DNA of 64,000 nucleotides, from positions 82,038 to 146,037 of the forward strand of contig JBLYPS010000001.1 of assembly GCA_048539495.1 (NCBI GenBank), given 5' to 3'. This stretch comes from Dehalococcoidia bacterium. Lineage in GTDB: Bacteria; Chloroflexota; Dehalococcoidia; SZUA-161; SpSt-899. Positions 40,753 to 49,358 of the stretch are shown piece after piece. Under the pieces are notes generated by a model that was given only the letters and a program-made list of their open reading frames with translations, did no database searches and was not told the origin of the DNA. Both the position numbers and the translations under genes were made by a program. Numbering within the stretch: the stretch's first letter is position 1; each line of letters begins with the position of its first letter.

Positions 40753-40907
40753 TCTGGAGTCTGGAGTCTGAAGTCCCCCTTTAGCCTTCAGCCTATCCAC
40801 CTGACTTGACTCTTGACTCGCATTGGGGGTGAGAGCTTTGGGAAATGCATAGGTGAAATCTGAACATAAATCAGAGGTAAAGCCAAAAACTAAGGAGGTC
40901 AAAAGAA

Positions 40908-41823
40908 ATGAGCAAAACCAAGATTATTGCCCTGGTTATTGGGGTGGTAATTGTGGTATCCCTGGTAGCCTTGTTCTTTGGACAGGCAATCATTCCATTG
41001 CACCCCAGGGTAGCAGTTATCTCCCTGACCGGCCCTATCCAGGAAAGCGGCGGTGGTCTTGCTGTTTCCGGCCGCTGGCATCAGCCCGGGACTGGTGCGG
41101 GGATTGCTGGAGCAGGCGGAGAGGGATGGCAGCATCAAGGCGGTTATGTTGCGAATAGAGAGCCCCGGCGGATCTATAGCCGCATCTCAAGAGATCGGCG
41201 ACATGATAAGGGATTTCGAAAAACCTATTGTCGTCTCTATGGGTGATCAGGCTACTTCTGGGGGATATTACATTTCCGCCCACGCCGATATGATCATCGC
41301 TCAACCGGGCACCATAACCGGCAGCATCGGTGTCATCTTCATGCATTTAAACGTGGATGGGCTGCTCCAGAAACTGGGTATCGAGAGGGAGACTATCATC
41401 GGGGGGGAACACAAAGATATGTTTGTTACCCCCCTGACCGCGGAGCGCCGAGACCTTATCCAGCGAATCACGGATGAGGCGCATGACCAGTTTATCACTA
41501 CCGTAGCCGAGGGGCGGGGTCTCACTATCGCAGAGGTGAGGGAGCTGGCCACTGGTGAGCTATTTATCGGCACGCAGGCGCTGGAATTGGGCCTGGTTGA
41601 CCGCCTGGGTGGTCGGCAGGTGGCTATCAATGCCGCGGCTGAGCTTGCCGAGATTGAAGTGCCACCGGCGACAATCGAGCTGTCTCCTCCGGCCCCCTCA
41701 CTGTTTGACCTGTTCTTCGAGGGGGGAGGCATCCTGCGGGACCTCGCTATCTCCAGGCTTCTGGGGGATGAAATCGCCCTGCTGAGGACATTACTTGAGA
41801 CCTACTCGCTGCCCCGGTGGTAA
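40908..41823 (+). pseudogene. sppA: signal peptide peptidase SppA (36K type) with an apparent +1 frameshift after the N-terminal TM segment
   Basis: ORF 40908.. gives the TM helix plus RVAVISLTGPIQESGGG. A second frame starting at 41053 gives ...GSIKAVMLRIESPGGS..., the ClpP/crotonase-fold S49 core. The frame changes near 41050..41070. Confidence 0.55.
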
Positions 41824-41928
41824 TGTTATAATTAGGGAGTAGCATGTAGCGTGTAGTCTTGCTACCCTCTACACGCTATGTGCTATACGCTAAATGTTCT
41901 CTGTGGCTAAATAATTATAAGGAGAAGG

Positions 41929-42500
41929 ACATGGAAAAAGGTATTCTCGAGACACTCGTTGACGTACTGGCCAGACCAACATCTACCATTCGCAGTATAT
42001 GCCAGCAGCGACCGATTGGCTGGGCGATAATCGTCTACCTGGTCGTTTCCCTGGTAAGCACCGTCGTCATGATAGAGACAGGGGACCTCGACCTCGAAGG
42101 CATGGGATTGCCTGACCTCGGCATGCCGGCCATACTTGGGGGAACTCTCATCATTGGTATCCTAACGCTGGTAATATTCACTGCCCTCTGCCATCTAGCC
42201 GCCTCCCTGCTGGGTGGCAGGGGGGGCTATTGGGGGCTTTTCTCCGGCTTCGGCTTTACCGCCTTGCCGGGTATTTTTGTCGCCCCCCTGGCGGTCATCG
42301 GGATGCTACCAATCGTGGGCGGGCTGCTCTCCGGCCTGGGGACCTTCGGAGTCTCCGTGTGGTCATTGGTGCTCAACATTCTGGCGATAAGAGAAAACTA
42401 CCTGGTCTCCACGGGACGAGCTATCTTGATCGTCCTCTTGCCAGCAGTGATTTTAATCGTGCTTTTGGTAGGATTGCTGCTCAGCCCTTATGTCCTGTGA
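41929..42500 (+). CDS. Yip1-domain membrane protein
   Basis: MEKGILETLVDVLARPTSTIRSI... followed by five predicted TM helices, typical of the YIP1 family. The internal ATG at 41929 is preferred. Confidence 0.5.
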
Positions 42501-42519
42501 TTGATAGTTTGAAGCATGG

Positions 42520-42835
42520 GAATTTCAATGATTTAAGGGAATGGTACAAAAATTGAAAAATGAAAAGTGCAAATTGAAAGGTGCAAAATGGAGTTGCAAA
42601 TTGGCAAATCAATAGTTCAGAACTCAGGACATTGCATGACAGTTTAGTGTGCACATTTAGTACTTTACCCCACGCGCTCAGCTTTGGGGCAAAGAAACGG
42701 CGCACACAGAATTATGTTACCCTATCCGAAGCTGCAATGACTCAAATGTCCCGAGTTCTGTAGTTACAGCCAAAAACAAATAATTTTGTAATTTGCATTT
42801 TAATATTTTCATTTTTCATTTGGTTAATTAGAGGA
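42520..42835. repeat. large nested palindromic element: TGCAAAT-type heptamer arm, inner IR, about 100-bp centre, inner IR', ATTTGCA-type arm
   Basis: Left arm tgcaaat tgaaagg tgcaaaa ...; right arm attttgt aatttgc attttaa tattttc .... Inner IR cagaactcaggacatt pairs with aatgtcccgagttctg. Sits immediately upstream of the 1221-aa gene. Confidence 0.6.
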
Positions 42836-42840
42836 GGTGA

Positions 42841-45800
42841 ATGGTGGGCAGTCGTTTCAGAGATTATGACGGTAGCCTTATCCCCCCTGCGGGCTCAGGC
42901 ATTCAATCCAGGACCGCTCGGGGAAAAACAAGTGCCGCCCCTCGTGAGGAAGCGAAGGAGTGCTTTCGGGCGATCATACGAGAGCCCTTAGTCCAGGCTG
43001 CAAGGATTGCGGAAGCCGACATCGTGGTGGGGATTCCCTTCTATAACGAAGCCGATACTATCCCGGCGGTGTTGAGGACGGTAAGCAAGGGACTGGAAGA
43101 ATTCTATCCGGATCAAAAATGTGTCATTGTGGCAGTCGGTGCTCCGGCAGGCGGCGAAGCCCTCAGGGTGATAAATGCCCTCCCCTCCCGGGTAAGCCGG
43201 ATAGCTTTCTTGCTCAGCGATGAACGCGTGAGTGGGAAGGGATGGAGCATGCGAGCCATTTTCGAGGTAGCCCGGAGCCTTGGCGCCGACCTGGCCATCG
43301 TGGAAGCCGACTTAGGCAGTCGCCACGAAGGTGCGGAAATTGAGGGGTTGGCCCCCGACTGGATCCGGCTCCTCCTTGAACCCATCAGGAGTAAGGAGAT
43401 GGATCTGGTCATCTCCCGATTTCGTCGCCATTACCTTGAATCGCCGATCGCCAGTCTTCTATTCTATCCCCTCCTTACCGCCATCTATAGTTGCCCTATT
43501 CACGACCTTACCGGGGGCCAGTGGGGAATCTCTCACCGCCTGCTGCGAACCTACCTGCAGGAGACTTACTATCCATGGAGTAGCGAGATTGGTGAGCATG
43601 GAATAGATAGCTGGATGGCTACCAGTGCTGTCACCAGCGGCGCCAGGATTTGCCAGGCTAACCTGGGCATAAAAATTCATCGCCCGCTGGCAGCCAAAGC
43701 AGAGTTGGTACTGCGGCAGAAAGTCAAGGTGCTGTTTGACCGGATTGTGGCTGACCAGGAGTGGTGGGGAGTTCCTGAATTGCCTCTGCTGCAGCCTCTG
43801 GCTACGTTCGGGGCTGAGAAGGCGCACCAACCCGATGCGGTGGAAGTTGACCCTCAACTTCAGAGGTTCAAGTATGAAGAAGGCTTGAATAGATTCCACT
43901 CGCTCCTTCAGAGGATTCTCCCTGACGAGGTCTATCAGCAGTTGGCTGAGTCAACTGGCCTTAGTGGGTTCTCCGCTGCCCTGTGGGCGCAAATCGTATA
44001 TCACTTTCTGCTGGCTTATGCCTTCGACAAGGAATTTGCCGGGGGGGACCTGCTGAATTCGCTCTTCGCGCTGCACAATGGTTTCACAGCCGGTTTCGCT
44101 CGCGATATGCATCTCTTGAGGGATAAATTGGAAGCCTTACTTCCCGCAGAGAGGGAGGGATTGTTATCGATGGAAGCTGAAAGGAAAACTCAAGAGGTGG
44201 TGAATGAGTTCCTCCGCCAGAAGCCAGCCTTTCTCGCCAGTTGGGAAGTGAAGGCCGAGGCCCTCAAACCGCCTGTGCCACAGATTACCTATCGGGAGTT
44301 TATTCCCGGGGTGCCACTGATAGTTCCTTCGGAATTGACCACCCCTGAAGGCAAGATAATCCATGCCAATGCTATATATGACTCTATCTTCGCTCGACAA
44401 AAAGCAGATTTTGAGCATTTCGTCTACGAACGGCTGCACTCAGAAGCCAGCCCGCTGGCGCTGGCGCAAGCGATAAAGGATTTCCTCCGCTCACTCGAGG
44501 AGGGAATCCTCCCCGGTGTTGATCTCTCGGCGGTCGAGGGAACAAGGAAAATGGTGGACTTCATATTCGATAACTTCCCGCACCAGGACGGGTTTTCCTT
44601 GATTCCGGAGATGGCTTCCTGGCTTCTGAACCAGTATCCTCCTTACACCCTGCCTACGAAGCTGGGCTACAGGGATCTTGCCGAAATGCTCCATGGACAT
44701 GACCCTCTGGATATTCTGGCTCTGGCTAGCTGGTCCGAGGAGAGGGAATATGTGGAAAGTCTGTGGAGACTGATGGGGGAAAATCTCCGCTCGGAACATT
44801 TTGCCCCTTGTGCCATAAGGGCTCTGGTGGTAAGCCATGAGAACTTCCCTTCACTGGTGGAGATGAACAATTCCTCGGCCCTCAATAAGCTCACCTCCCG
44901 GATAGTGGTGAGCAATCTTCACAAAGGCATGGGAGGGGAATTACCTAAGCTGCGTTATCTCACCACCATCGTCAAGAATATTGTGGAGGCCGAAAGGTTC
45001 GGCAGGATATGGCAACGCTGGGCCGCAGAGAGGAAGGAGTTTGACCAGAAGGTTATCAACTCAATGGAGGGTCACTGGGGACGGGAACCCCTATCGGCAC
45101 ACAACATCTTCGAGGATGGGAATCAGCGGGTGTTGGCAGAGCGGCTGAGGCAGATGGCGGGAAGGATCGCCCAGGAAGCCGATGGGGATGCGGCTCGGCT
45201 GATGTTGGCAGAGAATCTTAAGAAGATGGCCGATTCCTATCATCTGGCGATTACACTTCCTGATGGCACATTTGTCACCTGCTCCGCCTGGTCCTGGGCA
45301 AGCTATAGCTTTAAGGGCGGCAGGGCACTACCACCCCCGCTCTCAATACATGTGGAAAGGAACTGGGCCTCGCGGGAGTTTCTGGTGAAGTATTTCAAGG
45401 CCGCCGGCGGAACCGAGGAGGTGGTGGAGGAAAAGATCGTCGAGCTTATGGAGCAGGGGAGGGAGTCTGAAGACCTGGCCACGATCCTCCTCGGAACAGA
45501 GGAGGAAGCCGCGGAAGTAGTGCCAAGGAGGGTCATTGCCGCGAAGCAGCCACCTACAGGGGCTTTGACCCGGTTTGCGGGTAACCCTGTTCTTGAGCCG
45601 ATCAAGGAGCATCCGTGGGAATCAAAGTACGTGCTTAATGCCGGCGCTATAAAGCTGGATGGTAAGGTTTACCTGGTTTATCGGGCTTTCGGCGAAGACA
45701 AGACCTCCCGCCTGGGGCTGGCCATAAGCGAAGACGGGTTCAAATTCACCGAGAGGCTGGGAAAACCGATATTCGAGCCAAAGGGTAAGAGCGAGGAGAA

Positions 45801-46506
45801 AGGGTGTGAGGACCCCCGATTAACCCTCATCGGCGATCGTATTTACATGACCTATACCGCTTATGACGGCATAGTTTCCCAGATCGCTCTGGCTTCCATA
45901 GGAGTGGATGATTTCTTGAAGCACCGCTGGCGTGGCTGGAGAAGGCACGGCTTAGTTTTCCCCGGATTCACCACTAAGAATGCTATTTTATTCCCCGAAC
46001 AATTCAACGGCAAGTTTGCCATGCTTCATCGCGTCGATCCACATATATGGGTGACCTTCTCCTCACATCTGCGTTGTCCCTGGCCGAGGAAGGAACACAA
46101 GATACTGGCTGGGTCGACGTCCGGGATGATGTGGGATGGGAGAAAGATCGGCGCCGGGGCTCAGTCGATCAAGACCAAATATGGCTGGCTGCTGATCACT
46201 CACGGGGTTGATTATGCCTTCGTTTATCGACTGGGCGTAATGCTGCTTGATCTGGCCGACCCAGCAACGCTCCTCTATCGCTCACCCAATTCCATCCTGG
46301 AACCCACGGAAAGGTACGAGGTGGGAGAGGGGGGCACGTCCTGGGTACCAAATGTGGTTTTCACCTGCGGGGCGGTGCCGCGGGAAGATAATAAGGGGAT
46401 GCTCGATGCCGATGACGAGTTGCTAGTTTACTACGGTGCCTCAGACACGGTAATCAGTATTGCCACTGCCAGAATCGGCGATCTTATCCCGGAGGAGTTC
46501 CGATAA
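42841..46506 (+). CDS. large multidomain protein: N-terminal GT-A-fold glycosyltransferase-like domain, central region of unknown function, C-terminal GH130 glycoside phosphorylase domain
   Basis: N-terminus IVVGIPFYNEADTIPAVL... The C-terminal 330 aa (GNPVLEP...YRAFG...DPRL...YMTYTAYDG...YYGASD) has beta-propeller GH130 hallmarks. Confidence 0.55.
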   Translation: MVGSRFRDYDGSLIPPAGSGIQSRTARGKTSAAPREEAKECFRAIIREPLVQAARIAEADIVVGIPFYNEADTIPAVLRTVSKGLEEFYPDQKCVIVAVGAPAGGEALRVINALPSRVSRIAFLLSDERVSGKGWSMRAIFEVARSLGADLAIVEADLGSRHEGAEIEGLAPDWIRLLLEPIRSKEMDLVISRFRRHYLESPIASLLFYPLLTAIYSCPIHDLTGGQWGISHRLLRTYLQETYYPWSSEIGEHGIDSWMATSAVTSGARICQANLGIKIHRPLAAKAELVLRQKVKVLFDRIVADQEWWGVPELPLLQPLATFGAEKAHQPDAVEVDPQLQRFKYEEGLNRFHSLLQRILPDEVYQQLAESTGLSGFSAALWAQIVYHFLLAYAFDKEFAGGDLLNSLFALHNGFTAGFARDMHLLRDKLEALLPAEREGLLSMEAERKTQEVVNEFLRQKPAFLASWEVKAEALKPPVPQITYREFIPGVPLIVPSELTTPEGKIIHANAIYDSIFARQKADFEHFVYERLHSEASPLALAQAIKDFLRSLEEGILPGVDLSAVEGTRKMVDFIFDNFPHQDGFSLIPEMASWLLNQYPPYTLPTKLGYRDLAEMLHGHDPLDILALASWSEEREYVESLWRLMGENLRSEHFAPCAIRALVVSHENFPSLVEMNNSSALNKLTSRIVVSNLHKGMGGELPKLRYLTTIVKNIVEAERFGRIWQRWAAERKEFDQKVINSMEGHWGREPLSAHNIFEDGNQRVLAERLRQMAGRIAQEADGDAARLMLAENLKKMADSYHLAITLPDGTFVTCSAWSWASYSFKGGRALPPPLSIHVERNWASREFLVKYFKAAGGTEEVVEEKIVELMEQGRESEDLATILLGTEEEAAEVVPRRVIAAKQPPTGALTRFAGNPVLEPIKEHPWESKYVLNAGAIKLDGKVYLVYRAFGEDKTSRLGLAISEDGFKFTERLGKPIFEPKGKSEEKGCEDPRLTLIGDRIYMTYTAYDGIVSQIALASIGVDDFLKHRWRGWRRHGLVFPGFTTKNAILFPEQFNGKFAMLHRVDPHIWVTFSSHLRCPWPRKEHKILAGSTSGMMWDGRKIGAGAQSIKTKYGWLLITHGVDYAFVYRLGVMLLDLADPATLLYRSPNSILEPTERYEVGEGGTSWVPNVVFTCGAVPREDNKGMLDADDELLVYYGASDTVISIATARIGDLIPEEFR

Positions 46507-46522
46507 GGGGTAGCGCCGAGGT

Positions 46523-47422
46523 TTATCCTCGGCAAACGCTTTCTTCCAGAAATTGGAATAACGCCTGTGCTGCCGGGGAGAGCACTTTCTGTTTCCGATG
46601 AACGATGAAGAAGTCGCGGGTGAGCTCCAGACCCTCGATATCCATCACCTCGATGAGACCCAGTTTCACTTCGTGCTGAACCGCCCTTTCGGATACAATG
46701 GAGACACCAGCACCGGATTCCACCGCCCTTTTCACCGCAGTGGTGCTTCCCAGGGTCATAGTGATATTGAGATCATCCAGACTGAGGTCAGCCTTTTTTA
46801 GCTTTTGCATAAGTGTGCTTCTGGTGCCCGAGCCAGCTTCTCGCATTACGAATGGAGCTCTCTTAAGCTCATCCAGCCTTGCCACCCCTCCGGTGAACCA
46901 CCTGTTCTGAGCGGGGACAATCAGCACCAGTTTATCACTAAGAAACGTGGTGAAGGTCAGTTTGTCGCTCTTCTCGCTCGCCCCCACCACCCCGATCTCA
47001 ATCCCGTTCTCCAACAGCCTCTTGATGATTCCCCTCGTATCATCGAGGGTCATGGTAATCTCTATGCCCGGGTAGCTCTCCCTGAATCGCTGCAGAATTC
47101 CGGGCAGGATATATTCCCCGGGGATATTGCTTGCGCCCACGCTGATCTCACCCCAAAGTAGTCCTTTGAGTCGGTGTATGCCCTGTTCTGCCTCAGAAAC
47201 CAGCTCCATGATTCGCAGCGCATAGGCGTATAAGACCTCTCCGCTTCTGGTGAGGGTGGTGGTCCGCCCTCCGCGGTCGAACAGCCTGGTTCCCAGCCCC
47301 TGCTCCAGGGAGGCGATCTGGAAGCTTATGGTTGGCTGGGTCAAGCCCAGCTTTTCACCGGCCAGAGAGAAGCTTCGCCTGTCTGCCACAGTGCAAAATA
47401 TCTTCAACTGTTTGATGTCCAT
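46523..47422 (-). CDS. LysR-family transcriptional regulator
   Basis: N-terminal HTH (MDIKQLKIFCTVADRRSFSLAGEKLGLTQPTISFQIASLE) plus a LysR substrate-binding domain. Confidence 0.9.
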   Translation of the reverse strand: MDIKQLKIFCTVADRRSFSLAGEKLGLTQPTISFQIASLEQGLGTRLFDRGGRTTTLTRSGEVLYAYALRIMELVSEAEQGIHRLKGLLWGEISVGASNIPGEYILPGILQRFRESYPGIEITMTLDDTRGIIKRLLENGIEIGVVGASEKSDKLTFTTFLSDKLVLIVPAQNRWFTGGVARLDELKRAPFVMREAGSGTRSTLMQKLKKADLSLDDLNITMTLGSTTAVKRAVESGAGVSIVSERAVQHEVKLGLIEVMDIEGLELTRDFFIVHRKQKVLSPAAQALFQFLEESVCRG

Positions 47423-47564
47423 GCTTCCAGTATAGCAAACTTATGACATAAACCCAAGTCGTAATTACTCAGGTGGATAGGCTGAAGACTGAAGGTTTTT
47501 AGGAATTTCGTAATCACCAAATCGCTGAACGCTTACTTGCAATCAGCTACCTGAATGGAGTAAA

Positions 47565-48956
47565 ATGCGAGCGTATATGGAATTGAAAAGCGATTTTCGC
47601 CACCTGCCCAGCGTTGATAAGTTAATCTCGCAGGAGCGCATCAAGGAACTCAGCGAGGTGTATTCGCACGAGACCATTGTGGATGTGGTGCGCCGGCACC
47701 TGGACGAGCTTCGCCTTTCTCTGAGCCGCGGCGATCCCTGCCCCTCTTTTGACGAGATGACCGATGCGGTTGTGGCCCGGATTCAGTCCCTGGGGACCAT
47801 TGGCCCAGGGCGGGTGATAAACGCCACCGGGGTGATACTCCACACAAATCTAGGCCGAGCCCCCCTTAGCTCGGACGCCATAGCTGCCATGAAGCTGGCC
47901 GCGGAGGGATTCAATAATCTGGAGATCGACCTCGAAAGCGGGAAGAGGGGTTCCCGACAGGTTCATGTCAGTCAATTGTTGTGCCAACTCTCTGGCGCCG
48001 AGGATGCCCTGGTAGTCAACAATAACGCTTCCGCGGTGCTCCTGGTCCTCAGCGCCCTGGCCAGGAAAAGGGAAGTTATCGTATCCCGCGGCCAGGCGGT
48101 GGAGATCGGCGGAGGCTTTCGTATTCCTGATGTGATGAGGCAGAGCGGGGCCAAGCTGGTGGAAGTGGGAACAACCAACTGCACCTATATTGCCGACTAC
48201 GAGCAAGCGATCACACCTCGAACGGCGGCACTGCTGCGAGTCCACTCAAGCAACTTCAGGGTGGTTGGTTTCACTCAGGAAGTTGCTCTAGAGGAGCTGG
48301 TTCACCTGGGCAAGCAGTATGAGCTGCCGGTGTTCGATGACCTGGGCAGCGGCTGCCTCCTGGACACCACCAGGTTCGGTCTGGATGCCGAGCCACGAGT
48401 GCAGGATAGTATCGCCGCCGGTGTAGGGCTAGCCTGCTTCTCGGGAGATAAGCTGTTGGGTGGTCCACAGGCGGGCATCATCGTAGGCCGGCAGCATCTG
48501 ATCGGCAAGCTGAAGAGGCATCCGCTGGCGCGAGCGGTTCGCATCGACAAGGTTAGGCTGGCGGCTCTCTCGGCGACGCTGATCCACTATCTCAAGCGGG
48601 AAGCCACGAACAAAATCCCTATATGGCGCATGATTGCCTCTTCTCTGAGCGAGATCGAAGTGCGGGCCGATCAATGGGCACGGGCGGTGGGCGATCTGGC
48701 AACCACGGCAACGGGGGAATCTACCGTGGGCGGAGGAAGCTTGCCCGGCAGCACTCTACCCACCAGACTGGTGGTCATCAAAACGCCGCCTAATCTCAGG
48801 GTACATGACCTGGCACAGAAACTACGCCTGGAGGCGATGCCGATCGTTGGACGCATCGAGCGAAATGCCCTGGTCCTCGACCCTCGCAGTGTTCTTCCCG
48901 AAGAGGATGCTGCCGTCACCCAGGCCCTACGCGGAGTTTTCTCTGCGTGCAACTAG
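47565..48956 (+). CDS. selA: L-seryl-tRNA(Sec) selenium transferase
   Basis: 463 aa. SelA-family motifs include ...INATGVILHTNLGRAPLS... and the PLP-lysine region FSGDKLLGGPQAGIIVG. Confidence 0.8.
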   Translation: MRAYMELKSDFRHLPSVDKLISQERIKELSEVYSHETIVDVVRRHLDELRLSLSRGDPCPSFDEMTDAVVARIQSLGTIGPGRVINATGVILHTNLGRAPLSSDAIAAMKLAAEGFNNLEIDLESGKRGSRQVHVSQLLCQLSGAEDALVVNNNASAVLLVLSALARKREVIVSRGQAVEIGGGFRIPDVMRQSGAKLVEVGTTNCTYIADYEQAITPRTAALLRVHSSNFRVVGFTQEVALEELVHLGKQYELPVFDDLGSGCLLDTTRFGLDAEPRVQDSIAAGVGLACFSGDKLLGGPQAGIIVGRQHLIGKLKRHPLARAVRIDKVRLAALSATLIHYLKREATNKIPIWRMIASSLSEIEVRADQWARAVGDLATTATGESTVGGGSLPGSTLPTRLVVIKTPPNLRVHDLAQKLRLEAMPIVGRIERNALVLDPRSVLPEEDAAVTQALRGVFSACN

Positions 48957-49151
48957 GTTGACATTGTCAGATTAGGTGGTAACGATGAATTTCTTTCTGT
49001 CATTGCGAGCGAAGCGAAGCAATCCCTTCGTTAGAGATTGCGGAGCTTGTTCCGAGCGTAAGCGAGAAATCTCGCTCCGAGTTTGCTTCGGCTGCGCCTC
49101 GCAACCGCTTGCGCTCCTCGCAATGATATGGAAATGTGACAATGTCAAGCT
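48957..49151. repeat. about 195-bp imperfect long palindrome / structured element (different family)
   Basis: Outer IR ttgacattgtcag pairs with ctgacaatgtcaa-like gtgacaatgtcaagc. Inner arms: cattgcgagcgaagcgaagcaa pairs with ttgcttcggctgcgcctcgcaa..ctcgcaatg. Central hairpin gcgagaaatctcgc. Confidence 0.6.
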
Positions 49152-49358
49152 AGGTTCAAAGTTCCAGGGTTCGCAATTAGCGTGTAGCGCATAGCGTGTA
49201 GGTAGTAGGGGGGTAGGGAGGCTACACGTTACCTGCTGCCCCCTACACACTACCCAGCAGACAACCTTAAACCGTGAACCCGATACGTGAACCTGACAAC
49301 CTGAGTAGTTACAAGCCAGCCAAGTTGTAGCCTGGAACGATAGCGAGTATAATCTGAA

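Noticed and set aside
48976-49194. 72-aa ORF MVTMNFFLSLRAKRSNPFVRDCGACSERK...
   Set aside because: Lies entirely within the 195-bp palindrome. Its composition reflects the inverted repeats, not a protein.
48957-49358. tRNA-Sec (selC) next to selA
   Set aside because: No cloverleaf with a 9/4 or 8/5 acceptor/T arrangement or a UCA anticodon loop could be found by eye. Only palindromes are present.
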